Assembly: GCA_022844165.1 (NCBI GenBank)
Contig: JALHMH010000009.1
Coordinates: forward strand, 67,411 to 131,410
From: Lysobacterales bacterium
Lineage (GTDB): Bacteria > Pseudomonadota > Gammaproteobacteria > Xanthomonadales > SZUA-5
Length of the DNA stretch: 64,000 nt
Direction: 5' to 3'
Under the pieces are notes generated by a model. That model saw nothing but the letters and a program-made list of their open reading frames with translations. It ran no database searches and was not told where the DNA came from. A program made the translations under genes and the position numbers. Below are positions 39,208 to 49,637 of the stretch, piece by piece (position 1 is the stretch's first letter; each line of letters opens with the position of its first letter).

Positions 39208-41535
39208 GTGGCATTTCCGGAGATTCCAGGCTATGCGCTGGAACGCCAGCTCGGCTCCGGCGGCATGGCGACCGTGTATCTCGCCGTTCAGTTGTCGTTG
39301 GAGCGCCGCGTTGCGATCAAGGTCCTCAGAGCGACTGGCGCCGAAGACGACCCTGAGCGAACCGAAAAACGCTTCCTGCGAGAGGGCCGCACGCTCGCCA
39401 AGATCACGCATAAGAACGTCTGCGGTATTTACGACATCGCCAAAGTTGGCGATATCGCCTACATCGCAATGGAGTATCTCGACGGGGGCACGTTGGTCGA
39501 CAAGCTTCGTCGGGGCGTATCGGTTGCGGAGTCCATCGCCATCGTTGTGCAGGTGGGATCGGCGCTGGACGAAGCGCACAAACTGGGCATCGTTCACCGC
39601 GACCTGAAGCCAGCCAACGTCATGCTGCGCGGCGGCCGCGTCCCGGTGTTGACCGATTTTGGCATCGCGCGCGAACTGACTGCCAGCCAGACGCGCATCA
39701 CCGCCGAAAACATGATCGTCGGCACGCCGATTTACATGAGCCCGGAACAGGTTTCGGGTGGCGAGGTCGACGGTCGTTCCGATTTGTATTCGCTGGGCAT
39801 CATGTTCTATGAGCTGTTGATTGGTCGCCCGCCCTACCAGGGCGACACGCCAATCGCGGTGTGTATGCAGCATTTGACGGCCGACCTGCCGCGTTTGCCA
39901 CCCGAATTCACCGATTTGCAACCCGTGTTGGACCGCATGCTGGCCAAGCGTCGCGACGATCGTTTCGCCAACATGGCCGAATTCAATCATGCACTGCGCG
40001 ACGTTTTCATTGCATCCGAGGCGCTGCGTACAGTGCTGCGTTTTGCGCCGGACACGCCTTGGTCCGAGCAGCTTCGCGATCTTGGATTTTCCTTCGATAC
40101 GTTGCGCGATGCAGAAGTCAGGGCAGCCCTCGACCAACGCCGGAAGACGCGCGTTGCTCCGAAAGTCCGGGGGAAAACCCCAGGCACACCCATTGCGCCA
40201 AAACGAATCGGTTTGTGGTTGGGAATCGCAACATTGGCCCTTGCCCTCGGTAGCGGCGGATGGTGGTTGGCAACGCGGCCGATCATCGAGCCTCCCATCG
40301 ATGCCGAAACGCAACTGACACGGGCGAAGCTGCTCAACACCTTGAGCGAAATTGTTCAACAAAAAATCAATGACGGTCAGCTCGACGAGGGCCCCGGCAA
40401 CGCTCTGGCCAAGTTGCGCGACATGCGCGACGTGGATCCACAGTCCGAATACGTGCGCAGCGCTGCCAAGAGCCTTATCGCTGCGTTGGAAAAGCGGGCG
40501 CGTGGCGAATTGGCCGCTCAGAATCTGGGCGCACTGGACAAAACCCTGGCTTCGATGCAGGCGGCGGACGCCGCCGCGCCCGCACTGGGAGACCTGAGCG
40601 CACAACGTGCCACGTTGGCGCAAGCACAAGCCAATGCGGTGGCAACACGACAACGGTTGCAGCGCCTTGCTCAACTTTTGGATGGCGCCACACCGAACAG
40701 CGGCGAACGATTGATCGACCTTTATCTGGACTTGCAACGGACGCTCAGCACCGATCCTGAGTTCCGGCGATTGGAGCCGCGTGCTCTGGGCGCGTCTATC
40801 GCCGCCATTCGAACCGCGCAGGCGGCAGGACAGTTGCAGATTGCCGCCAACGACGCACAGGCTTTGCTGCGCGCGGTGCCAGATAACCGCGACGCGCAAA
40901 CTCTCGCCAGGCGGATCGAAGACGATCTTAATCAGGCCACGCTGGGCCAGGCACTCGATCGCTGGCGCATGCAACTGGCACAACCGCTGGATGCGGAACA
41001 TCTGGCGGCCTTGCTGCTGGGCCTGCGTGAGCTGTCGGACCTCAAATTGCCCGAGCGAGATCTGAATGCGTTACGCGATGAACTGGTACGCTCCATTGGC
41101 CTTCGGGCCACGGCGCTAGAGCAGGAGAGGCGCTTCGACGATGCCACCGCGTTGCTCGGCCAGGCCAGACGCGAACTTGACAGCGAAGTTCTCAATCAGT
41201 CGTTGGGACGAATCACAACCGCTCGTGACGCGGCGCTCGCCGCCGACCGCGCCGCCGCCGACCGCGCCCGTCAAGGCCAGTTGGCGATCAGCAGCGCGCC
41301 CTGGTCGAAGATCGAGTCGGTCGTCGACGACGCTGGCCAGCGCATTGCACTGCCGGCCGATGCGGTAACGCCGCTGCTGCTGAATTTGGCCGAAGGCCGC
41401 TACCGCATTACGTTGGTCAGCGGATCGCAGCGACGCCAGGAGAGCATCGTTGTCGAACGTGGCAGGCTGGCGACGCTGTCGGTCAAGCTCGGCGGACTCA
41501 GCGTTGAGGAATACTTTGAGGAGACCGGCGGGTGA
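39208..41535 (+). CDS. Ser/Thr protein kinase with TM helix, long extracytoplasmic helical region and PEGA-like C-terminal domain
   Basis: LGSGGMATVY, VAIKVL, HRDLKPAN, DFGIAR, GTPIYMSPEQ; TM IGLWLGIATLALALGSGGWWL; SSAPWSKI...TPLLLNLAEGRYRITL. Confidence 0.92.
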   Translation: MAFPEIPGYALERQLGSGGMATVYLAVQLSLERRVAIKVLRATGAEDDPERTEKRFLREGRTLAKITHKNVCGIYDIAKVGDIAYIAMEYLDGGTLVDKLRRGVSVAESIAIVVQVGSALDEAHKLGIVHRDLKPANVMLRGGRVPVLTDFGIARELTASQTRITAENMIVGTPIYMSPEQVSGGEVDGRSDLYSLGIMFYELLIGRPPYQGDTPIAVCMQHLTADLPRLPPEFTDLQPVLDRMLAKRRDDRFANMAEFNHALRDVFIASEALRTVLRFAPDTPWSEQLRDLGFSFDTLRDAEVRAALDQRRKTRVAPKVRGKTPGTPIAPKRIGLWLGIATLALALGSGGWWLATRPIIEPPIDAETQLTRAKLLNTLSEIVQQKINDGQLDEGPGNALAKLRDMRDVDPQSEYVRSAAKSLIAALEKRARGELAAQNLGALDKTLASMQAADAAAPALGDLSAQRATLAQAQANAVATRQRLQRLAQLLDGATPNSGERLIDLYLDLQRTLSTDPEFRRLEPRALGASIAAIRTAQAAGQLQIAANDAQALLRAVPDNRDAQTLARRIEDDLNQATLGQALDRWRMQLAQPLDAEHLAALLLGLRELSDLKLPERDLNALRDELVRSIGLRATALEQERRFDDATALLGQARRELDSEVLNQSLGRITTARDAALAADRAAADRARQGQLAISSAPWSKIESVVDDAGQRIALPADAVTPLLLNLAEGRYRITLVSGSQRRQESIVVERGRLATLSVKLGGLSVEEYFEETGG

Positions 41536-42827
41536 ATGCCCGATCGTTGTGCCTGCTCTTACTCTGCTCCGCGCCAGCCCTGGCGGACTTCAAGGCCGCC
41601 TATCGCGACGGCCTGAAGGCCGCCGAACGCAAGGACTGGCCAAAAGTCGAAGCGCAAATGCGCGCAGCGCTGGCGGAGGAGCCATCGCCTAATGCGCGGG
41701 TGCGCTTTTACGGCATGCGCTACGACCCTTACATCCCACACTTTTATCTGGGACTGGCCGCCTATTCCCGGGGCGACTGCAGAGCCGCGCTCGGCTTCTT
41801 TAACAATGCTGCGCACCGAGCCATCATCGACGGAATTGGCGCCGAGTTCGCCAGGCAAAAGACGATGACCGATCGTTGCCAGACGCAACTGGCCCAAACA
41901 CCGACGGACGCTCCCGCACCGACAAAACCGGTTGCCGCGGTTGCCGATCAGCCCGCCAGCACGGCACAACCGCAATCTGTGCCACGGCCGGTGCCAACGC
42001 AAACCGCCTCAACGCCAGCGCGTGTCGATCAGGCGCGGCTGGCTTCCGTCCAGCGCCAATTGAAGCTGACTCAGAGCCGCCTGGATGCAATCACGCGTGA
42101 ACTTCGCGCACCCGGAGGAGATCCGGCTTGGACTGCTCAACAGCGCGGGCTTAGCGCCGATCTGAACCGAATTTCGGGCTCGCTCTCTGGCGCTGACAAC
42201 ACCCGCCTGGATACACTTGGACGCGAACTTGCGGCGCTGGACGGACGCGCGGCGGCGCTTGCTCAGGCCGTCGGACAAGCTGCTGCGCAAGCTCGAAACA
42301 AGGCGCTGGCCGACGCCAAACAGCGCCTCGCGCAGAGCATGGCTGCGGCGCGGGAAACCGCTCAATCCGCTCCGGCAGCAGACGCGGCAGGCCTGCGCGA
42401 CCAGATCGCAAATGCACAAGCCCAGGTGAATTCGGACAATGTCGCCTCGGTGGTTGAGGCGACTCGTGTACTCGATGCCGCCACGGCCACGCTGCGACTT
42501 CGCGTCCAGGAGCGCCAGGCCGTTGTTGCCATGCGCACGGCACTGCGCCCCCTGATCGATGCGTTTTTGGCCGGCGAGTACGCCAGGGCCGCCGCCTGGC
42601 GCGATGAAGCGGCACTGCGCGACTATCCCAAAGCGCGGGCGCAAATGCTCCTGTTGCGCGCGGCGGCGCGATTCGAAATCTACGTCCTGGGCGCCGAATC
42701 CGACGCCACGGTTTTGGAGACAGTGCGGCAAGATGTGCGACAGGCGCGTTCACTAGACACTCAATTGGCACCTTCAACGCGAGCTTTTTCGCCGCGATTT
42801 CGCGCGTTGTTTGCAAGTACACGATGA
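41532..42827 (+). CDS. Secreted helical/TPR-like hypothetical protein
   Basis: Signal peptide (..SAPALA), TPR-like N-terminus (YIPHFYLGLAAY), Pro/Thr linker, coiled coil; GTGA overlap with the kinase. Confidence 0.75.
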   Translation: MNARSLCLLLLCSAPALADFKAAYRDGLKAAERKDWPKVEAQMRAALAEEPSPNARVRFYGMRYDPYIPHFYLGLAAYSRGDCRAALGFFNNAAHRAIIDGIGAEFARQKTMTDRCQTQLAQTPTDAPAPTKPVAAVADQPASTAQPQSVPRPVPTQTASTPARVDQARLASVQRQLKLTQSRLDAITRELRAPGGDPAWTAQQRGLSADLNRISGSLSGADNTRLDTLGRELAALDGRAAALAQAVGQAAAQARNKALADAKQRLAQSMAAARETAQSAPAADAAGLRDQIANAQAQVNSDNVASVVEATRVLDAATATLRLRVQERQAVVAMRTALRPLIDAFLAGEYARAAAWRDEAALRDYPKARAQMLLLRAAARFEIYVLGAESDATVLETVRQDVRQARSLDTQLAPSTRAFSPRFRALFASTR

Positions 42828-42928
42828 ACGAAACGCATGCGCGGTTTCATGTCTCGGCGTGACACAAGTTAAACTCCGCAAATTGGTCCGCGAGTCATCG
42901 CGCCTCCGATATCTTTCTAGGACACAAC

Positions 42929-44848
42929 ATGAATTCACTCCGTTCGGCTGCCATCCTTATTGCCTTATCCATCGGTTCGGCGGCGATTGCCGATAGCAAA
43001 GCCCTGAAGGGTGGATCGACCCGGCTTGCGATTAACAATTCTGGCGCTATTGACCTGGTCACCAGCAGCCCGATTCAGTACTTCAACCGTTCCGTCGCAC
43101 AAGGCCGCCAAATCATCAACCTGCGCGTGGGCCAACCGGTGTTGTGCACGGACTTCGCGCCCGCGCCCGTCGGCAATCGCGTCGGTCTGAGCATTACCGA
43201 TCCAAACAACGACGCAACAGCGCCGATGTATGGCGGCATTTCCAGTTACGATTACATCACCAATGGCGCGCAACCTTCTCTGTTCCGCATCTCATCCGAC
43301 GCCAGCCTCGCCTGCTGCATTATGTTGCCCGCCGCGAATGCTTCGTGTGTGCAAGGAAGTTTTGGCGGCCTGGTGCTCAATCAGCTCTTCCGCGACGGAT
43401 TCGAGGCCATTGCAACACCTCCGGGCTCCCCCGCGACCAATCTGGTGGTCACACGAACGGCACCCGGCACGATCCATTCTGGCGGTATCTTGAGCTATTC
43501 GTTTACCATCACCAACAGCGGCGGCTCGGCCAGCGGCGTTCGGGTGCGCGACTGGTATCCGAAGTCGCCCGCATTTTCGGCATCCCTGGGCAGCGGCGAT
43601 TGGACATGCACGGCCAATACGGTGGGTGCAAGCTGCGGCATCTCTGGCGCGCAAACCGGCAATGTGGCGCTCAACAACGTTTCGCTCGATCAAAACGCGT
43701 CGATCACCATTGCGATCAATCGCCCCGTCGCCAGCGGCATCACCAACGGCTCTACGTTATCCGTGAGCGCGGCCGCCTTCTCCGGACCGAGCGATAATGA
43801 GTCGCAGCTGATCGACAACCAGGCCGCCGCGACCGTCACCGTTGGCCAGTTCAGCTACACAGCCACCAGCAGTCTTTCCTTCAATGGTACGCAAGGCATC
43901 TCCACGGCCGCACAAGATGTTGTGATCACCGCCAATGCCGGCAATGCCGGAACGTTAGTTGTCAGCAATTGCACATTTGGCGGCAGCCACCCGAGCGACT
44001 TTGCATTCCTGCAGAACCCCAACTTCCCTGTCGGCGTCGCCATCGGCGGTACGCGCAATCTGCCAATTGTGTTTACCGGGTCAGCAGTTGGCGCGCGTTC
44101 CGCGACGCTGACATGTTCGACGAACGCGACCTCCCCGGCGCAGCCTAACTTTGTGGTCAACCTCAGCGGTACCGCAAGCGCACCAAACAGCGCACCCACG
44201 ATTTCGGATATCGCCAATCAGCCTGGTCTTGAAGACGTGGTTGTTGGCCCGATCGCTTTCACTGCCAACGACAGCGACAATGTGCTGACGCCAGCCAGCT
44301 TCAGCTGCAACGACACCACGCTGGTCGCGCCGGCGGGCTGTGTGTTTGCGGGCTCGGAGCCCAATTTCACGCTGACGATCACGCCGAAGCCGAATGCCAA
44401 CGGCGTTGCGACGGTGCAGGTCACAGTGAGCGATGGAATCAACAGCGCCAGCGACAGCTTCCAATTGACACTCGGAGCGGTCAATGACGCGCCTGACTTC
44501 CAACTGGCACCCAACAAGGGCTACGCGCCAGGCACGCAAGGTCCGCAATCGGTCATCAATTTTGTGCAAAACCGCGTGCCGGGCGGTGGCCCCGATGAGA
44601 ACGCGCAAACCACATCGGTCGCGTCGGTTACCGTTCTGGGCAGTCCAACCATTTTCGCTCAGTTCGGATCACCGAGTTACAACGCGACCAACAATGCGCT
44701 GTCTTTCAGTTTGAACGGCACATCCGGATCAGCAACGGTCCGCGTTCGAGTGGAAGACAACGGCGCGAACGGTGGTCCGAATGGCGACGTGAATTTCCGC
44801 GAGCGCGATTTCACGATCACGGTGAACCCACCATCGAGCAGTGATTGA
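42929..44848 (+). CDS. Secreted multi-Ig-domain protein (DUF11-like, choice-of-anchor-D-like, cadherin/Ig-like repeats)
   Basis: Signal peptide; NLVVTRTAP..LSYSFTITNSG; GARSATLTCSTN; NSAPTISDIANQ and VNDAP repeats. Confidence 0.8.
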   Translation: MNSLRSAAILIALSIGSAAIADSKALKGGSTRLAINNSGAIDLVTSSPIQYFNRSVAQGRQIINLRVGQPVLCTDFAPAPVGNRVGLSITDPNNDATAPMYGGISSYDYITNGAQPSLFRISSDASLACCIMLPAANASCVQGSFGGLVLNQLFRDGFEAIATPPGSPATNLVVTRTAPGTIHSGGILSYSFTITNSGGSASGVRVRDWYPKSPAFSASLGSGDWTCTANTVGASCGISGAQTGNVALNNVSLDQNASITIAINRPVASGITNGSTLSVSAAAFSGPSDNESQLIDNQAAATVTVGQFSYTATSSLSFNGTQGISTAAQDVVITANAGNAGTLVVSNCTFGGSHPSDFAFLQNPNFPVGVAIGGTRNLPIVFTGSAVGARSATLTCSTNATSPAQPNFVVNLSGTASAPNSAPTISDIANQPGLEDVVVGPIAFTANDSDNVLTPASFSCNDTTLVAPAGCVFAGSEPNFTLTITPKPNANGVATVQVTVSDGINSASDSFQLTLGAVNDAPDFQLAPNKGYAPGTQGPQSVINFVQNRVPGGGPDENAQTTSVASVTVLGSPTIFAQFGSPSYNATNNALSFSLNGTSGSATVRVRVEDNGANGGPNGDVNFRERDFTITVNPPSSSD

Positions 44849-44903
44849 TGTTCCGGAGCGGTGCGCCGGAAGGCTCACCGCTCCAAAGACGCAAAATAGT
44901 GCG

Positions 44904-47027
44904 ATGAAATCGCGTGCCGACGAGACGGCGCTGGCGAAATGGCGCGAAAACGCGCCATCGGAATTGGCTGGCGCCATCGATTGGGTGGTGGCGAACGGCG
45001 GGAATGATGATGAGACCGCTCGCGTTTTGGCGGAGCTTTCGGCGCTGAATGCCGATCTGGAAACGCAAATAGCGGCCATCTTGTTGCCACTGGCGAATGT
45101 CGAACCGTCCCCAGCTGGCGACATCGAAAAGCGCTTCGGCCCACGTGTTGCCACGCTGGTGCAGGGCCAGTTGGAAGCCGAACGTGTCTTCGTGCTGCAC
45201 GGCCTAAAGGCGCCACAGGCAAGCGCCGAAGGTTTGCGCAAACTGCTCTTGGTTCTGGTGCGCGATCTGCGCGTGGTGCTGATTCTGCTGGCACGTTACG
45301 TTGTGCGGTTGCGCCTTGCCGTCAAACACGGAAATGGCAAACCCATTGCGGCGCTGTGCGGCGATCTACTCGCACCGTTGGCCAATCGCCTCGGCATCTG
45401 GCAGATCAAGTGGGAACTCGAGGATCTGGTGTTTCGTGCCCTGCAGCCAGAAACCTACAAGCGTATTGCCGATCTGTTGGACGAACGCCGTGGCGACCGC
45501 GAACGCTACATCGAACTGGTGAAGTCCGAACTCAGGTCGATGCTGGTCCGAGCCGGCATCGAGTGCGATGTCGCCGGACGGCCGAAACACATCTTCAGCA
45601 TTTACAAAAAAATGCGGCGCAAAGACGTGGAGTTCGCCGAACTCTACGACGTCCGCGCAGTGCGCGTCCTGGTTCACGATGTACCCGCGTGTTATGCAGC
45701 GCTCGGTGTCGTCCACAGTCACTTCGTGCCGATACCCAAGGAGTTCGACGATTACATCGCAAAACCCAAAGGCAACGACTATCGCTCATTGCATACCGCG
45801 GTCATTGGTCCGGAAGGCAAGACCTTCGAAGTGCAAATTCGCACGCATGAGATGCACGCGCACTCCGAACTCGGCGTCGCCGCGCACTGGCGCTACAAAG
45901 AGGGTGGTCGCAGCGACACCGCGATGCAGGACAAGATATTGTGGATGCGACAGCTGCTTGAGGGTCGCGAAGAGAGTCTCGACGATGGCGCGTTGCTGGC
46001 CGGGTTCTCCACGGAGCTGCTGGAAGACCACACCTATGCGCTCACGCCCAAGGGCAATGTCATCGCCATTCCCAAGCATGGCACGGTGCTGGATTTTGCC
46101 TATACCGTCCATACCGAAGTTGGGCATCGCTGCCGTGGCGCCAAGGTCAACGGTCGCATCGTTCCGCTGACGTTTTCGCCAAAGACCGGCGATACGATCG
46201 AAATCCTCACCGCCAGGGACAGCGCGCCGCGACGCGATTGGCTGCTGCCAGGTCTGGGTTTCCTCAGCAGCTCGCGCGCACGCCATAAGGTGCGTGCGTG
46301 GTTCAACAAACTCGATCGCGAGCAAAACGCTCGCGACGGCAAGGAGATCATCGAACGCGAACTTAAGCGTCTGGCGTTGGGCGCACAGCAAATCGAAGCG
46401 CTGTTGCCCAAGTTCGCCCTGGCGAGCGTGGACGATCTGTACATCGCCGTTGCGCTGGGCGACATCTCGCCTTCGCAAATCGCGCGAGTGATCCACGAAA
46501 TGGGCGCGCCAGCACTGGACGACGCACAAATCCTTGCCCAACGCAGGCTCACGGAAACCAGCATCAAGCGCGACAAAGACGCCATCGTGATTGGCGGCGT
46601 CGGCAACTTGATGGTGTCCATGGCGCAATGCTGCAGCCCCGTACCTGGCGACGAGATCGTTGGCTTCATCACCCGCGGCAAGGGCGTCAGCGTACATCGT
46701 TCAGACTGCAAAAGCCTGCTGCACCTGGTATCGCGATCGCCGGAACGGCGCATCGACGTCGAGTGGGGCGGGCGTCGCGACGATGTGTACAGTGTGCGCA
46801 TCCGCATCACCGCATACAATCGAACCGGCCTGATCCGCGACGTTGGCGCCGTGTTAGCCGCCGACCGCATCAACATCGGCGCGATGGACAGTCGCGAAGA
46901 TCCAGAAGACGGACAGTCGATCCTGAGTCTCACCCTGCGCGTCAGCGATTTTGGGCAACTTGCCAACGTGCTGGCCAGGATCCGCGCACTGAACAACGTG
47001 ATCGAAGCGGTACGCGTGCGAGATTGA
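44904..47027 (+). CDS. relA: GTP pyrophosphokinase RelA
   Basis: APLANRLGI, GRPKHIFSI, YRSLHT, EVQIRT, TGS (DFAYTVHTEVGHRC), zinc-finger and ACT domains; HD hydrolase motif absent. Start at 44904 or 44841. Confidence 0.93.
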   Translation: MKSRADETALAKWRENAPSELAGAIDWVVANGGNDDETARVLAELSALNADLETQIAAILLPLANVEPSPAGDIEKRFGPRVATLVQGQLEAERVFVLHGLKAPQASAEGLRKLLLVLVRDLRVVLILLARYVVRLRLAVKHGNGKPIAALCGDLLAPLANRLGIWQIKWELEDLVFRALQPETYKRIADLLDERRGDRERYIELVKSELRSMLVRAGIECDVAGRPKHIFSIYKKMRRKDVEFAELYDVRAVRVLVHDVPACYAALGVVHSHFVPIPKEFDDYIAKPKGNDYRSLHTAVIGPEGKTFEVQIRTHEMHAHSELGVAAHWRYKEGGRSDTAMQDKILWMRQLLEGREESLDDGALLAGFSTELLEDHTYALTPKGNVIAIPKHGTVLDFAYTVHTEVGHRCRGAKVNGRIVPLTFSPKTGDTIEILTARDSAPRRDWLLPGLGFLSSSRARHKVRAWFNKLDREQNARDGKEIIERELKRLALGAQQIEALLPKFALASVDDLYIAVALGDISPSQIARVIHEMGAPALDDAQILAQRRLTETSIKRDKDAIVIGGVGNLMVSMAQCCSPVPGDEIVGFITRGKGVSVHRSDCKSLLHLVSRSPERRIDVEWGGRRDDVYSVRIRITAYNRTGLIRDVGAVLAADRINIGAMDSREDPEDGQSILSLTLRVSDFGQLANVLARIRALNNVIEAVRVRD

Positions 47028-47134
47028 CTCACGGCCTTGCAGAAAATTTGCGCCTGCTCCACTTCGGTGCAATCCATGGACCACTGAGCCACCGCTCAGG
47101 TTATCCTTAACGTAGTTTGCGAACCAGAGCACCC

Positions 47135-48520
47135 ATGGACAAAGGACACGCACTGATCCTGGATGATGAGGCCGACATCCGCGAGCTGCTCAGCATCACG
47201 CTCACCAGACTGGGCCTGCAGGTACATGCCGCCGCCACGCTCGCGCAAGCGCAGCAGATGATGAATGCGCGCCCCTACGATCTGTGTTTTACCGATATGC
47301 GTCTGCCTGACGGCAACGGTCATGACTTCATCGAGATGATGTCGCGCCAATATCCGGAAACGCCAGTCGCGATGATCACGGCCTACGGCAATGCTGAAGC
47401 TGCAGTGCAGGCGCTGCGCGCAGGCGCCTTCGATTGTGTCAGCAAACCGGTTGATCTTAATGTGCTGCGCAATCTCGTGAAAACTGCCCTCAAGCTTCGT
47501 GCCGAGAGGGCGCCGGGCGTCTCACAACCAGAGCCACGCCTGATCGGCGATTCGCTGGCCATGCAGCGGGTCCGTGCCACGATCTTGAAACTGGCTCGTT
47601 CGCAAGCGCCAGTATTGATCTCTGGCGAGTCCGGCGTTGGCAAAGAGCTGGCGGCGCGCTCGATTCACGAACAGGGCCCGCGCGCATCCGGCCCATTCGT
47701 GCCCGTCAATTGTGGCGCGATTCCCACGGAACTCATGGAGAGTGAGTTCTTCGGCCACAAAAAAGGTAGCTTTACGGGCGCCCACGGCGACAAAGACGGT
47801 CTCATGCAAGCCGCACATGGCGGCACCCTGTTCCTGGACGAAATCGCCGAGTTGCCGCCGCATATGCAAGTCAAGTTGCTGCGCGTCATCCAGGAGAAAA
47901 CCGTGAGGCCGATCGGCGGCAGAGCCGAATTGCCGGTTGATTTCCGAATTGTCAGCGCCACACACAAAGACCTGGCGCGTCTGGTCGATATGGGCAGCTT
48001 CCGCCAGGATTTGTTCTATCGGATCAACGTGATCGAACTGCGCATGCCACCTTTGCGAGAACGCCGCGACGACGTGCTGCTGCTGGCCGATCGTTACCTC
48101 GACCGCCTTGCGCCCGAGTGGTCCATCAGTCGACCGAAACTGGGGCCCGATGCCATCGATGCGCTCAATCGATACGACTTCCCCGGCAATGTCCGCGAAC
48201 TCGAGAACATCCTCGAACGCGCGGTTGCCTTGAGCGATGGCGATATCATTCGCGCCAGTGACCTGCACTTGACGCCACGCACGGGCCAACAACCGGTGGT
48301 GCCCGGTGATCCGCTCGCCGCTGCGACCATGGCGCAAGGTGCCGCGCCGCATTCCAGCCCGCAGCGCGATGGCTTGGAAACGTACATCGACAGTCTTGAG
48401 CGAGAAGCCATCACCAAAGCGCTCGAGGAGTGTCGCTACAATAAAACCGCCGCGGCGAAAAAGCTTGGAATCACGTTTCGAGCATTGCGCTATCGGCTCA
48501 AGAAACTGGGGATCGATTGA
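47135..48520 (+). CDS. pilR: Sigma-54-dependent response regulator PilR
   Basis: Receiver domain (LDDE, TDMRLPDG), GESGVGKE, GSFTGA, FPGNVREL, C-terminal FRALRYRLKKLGID; adjacent to the pil genes. Confidence 0.92.
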   Translation: MDKGHALILDDEADIRELLSITLTRLGLQVHAAATLAQAQQMMNARPYDLCFTDMRLPDGNGHDFIEMMSRQYPETPVAMITAYGNAEAAVQALRAGAFDCVSKPVDLNVLRNLVKTALKLRAERAPGVSQPEPRLIGDSLAMQRVRATILKLARSQAPVLISGESGVGKELAARSIHEQGPRASGPFVPVNCGAIPTELMESEFFGHKKGSFTGAHGDKDGLMQAAHGGTLFLDEIAELPPHMQVKLLRVIQEKTVRPIGGRAELPVDFRIVSATHKDLARLVDMGSFRQDLFYRINVIELRMPPLRERRDDVLLLADRYLDRLAPEWSISRPKLGPDAIDALNRYDFPGNVRELENILERAVALSDGDIIRASDLHLTPRTGQQPVVPGDPLAAATMAQGAAPHSSPQRDGLETYIDSLEREAITKALEECRYNKTAAAKKLGITFRALRYRLKKLGID

Positions 48521-48522
48521 CA

Positions 48523-49308
48523 ATGAAATTACTGCAAGTTTCGGCGCCAGCCGGCTCACTGAGAGACCGCGTTCGCGCCTTCGCGATCCACCTCGGGATC
48601 AGCCTCGCCGTCGCGGCCGCAGCGGCGATCGTGGTGTTTGGCCTTTGGTTTCCGCAGCCATACGGAGATCTCGTTGGCGGCACGCGCATTTTCCTGCTGC
48701 TGATCCTCATCGACGTCATCATTGGCCCCTGCTGTACGTTTGCGGTGTTCAATCGGCATAAGTCGGGGCTGAAGTTCGATCTGACGGTCATCGCGCTGCT
48801 GCAAGTGTCAGCGCTCGCGTACGGCATGCACGTAGCAGCCAATTCGCGCATCGTCTTTCTGGTACTCGAAGAAGGCATGCTGTATGTGACACCCGCAACT
48901 TTGATCGAGCCACAAGACCTGGAGAAAGCCAGTCGTCCCGAGTTTAAGACGCTGTCGTGGACCGGCCCCGTGCTGGCCGCCGCGCCGCGGCCGGACAACA
49001 GCGACGATTCGCTGTTTGTTGTCCGCTCCAGCGCCAGCGGCAAGGGGATTAACGGCTATCCCAAATTTTACCGCCCCTACGATGAGTTCGCACCGGAACT
49101 GATGCGCAAGGCGAAGACCATCGATCGCCTGCTGGAGGGTCCGTCGGGCGATCTGGTCAGGAGCGAACTGCAGCGTTTGAACGTGGCCGCCGATCAAGTG
49201 CGTTTCGTCGCTGTTCGTGGCCGCGAGGCCGAGTTCGACAAAACAGCACTACTGTCGTTGGCCGATGGCGAAATCTTGAGTGTAATCGACATCGATCCGT
49301 GGTCATGA
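48523..49308 (+). CDS. TfpX/TfpZ/FimB-like type IV pilin accessory membrane protein
   Basis: HLGISLAV, WFPQPY, LIDVIIGP, DLTVIALLQVSALAYG; three N-terminal TMs; next to pilA. Confidence 0.82.
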   Translation: MKLLQVSAPAGSLRDRVRAFAIHLGISLAVAAAAAIVVFGLWFPQPYGDLVGGTRIFLLLILIDVIIGPCCTFAVFNRHKSGLKFDLTVIALLQVSALAYGMHVAANSRIVFLVLEEGMLYVTPATLIEPQDLEKASRPEFKTLSWTGPVLAAAPRPDNSDDSLFVVRSSASGKGINGYPKFYRPYDEFAPELMRKAKTIDRLLEGPSGDLVRSELQRLNVAADQVRFVAVRGREAEFDKTALLSLADGEILSVIDIDPWS

Positions 49309-49427
49309 GAGCGGTCTGAAGATCCTCTTGCGGAACGATGGCCGGGCGCTTTGTCTTTTTGCGTTGCTGGGCTCCATCCGTCCCGCTTGCGCGGCTGTTC
49401 CAACTGCCCATGACTTTAGACCTAAGC

Positions 49428-49541
49428 TGACCCGGAGCGTCACATCTTGACCCGCGAGCCTGCTGCCACCCTAAGTGGGAGCTGAAGAACTCGCTCCGGC
49501 AAGGGGTTGGAAGTGAGTTTCAGCCTGGCATGCTGGTTGCA
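49428..49541 (+). promoter_or_regulatory. Sigma-54 promoter of pilA with candidate upstream PilR sites
   Basis: TGGCATGCTGGTTGCA at 49526-49541 (GG-N10-GC); TGAC..GTCA motifs about 80-100 bp upstream. Confidence 0.8.
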
Positions 49542-49637
49542 TCTCTCGCTGCGCATCCTCAGCGTGAAACGACCGGCAGGATGCCAGTTGAAACGCGAGA
49601 TGTCTGTCGAAAGCTAGCTAACCAAGGAACGAGACTT

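Noticed and set aside
38539-41001. 820-aa minus-strand ORF
   Set aside because: Mostly the antisense shadow of the Ser/Thr kinase; only the last 173 codons (from ATG 39060, with RBS and signal peptide) look like a real gene
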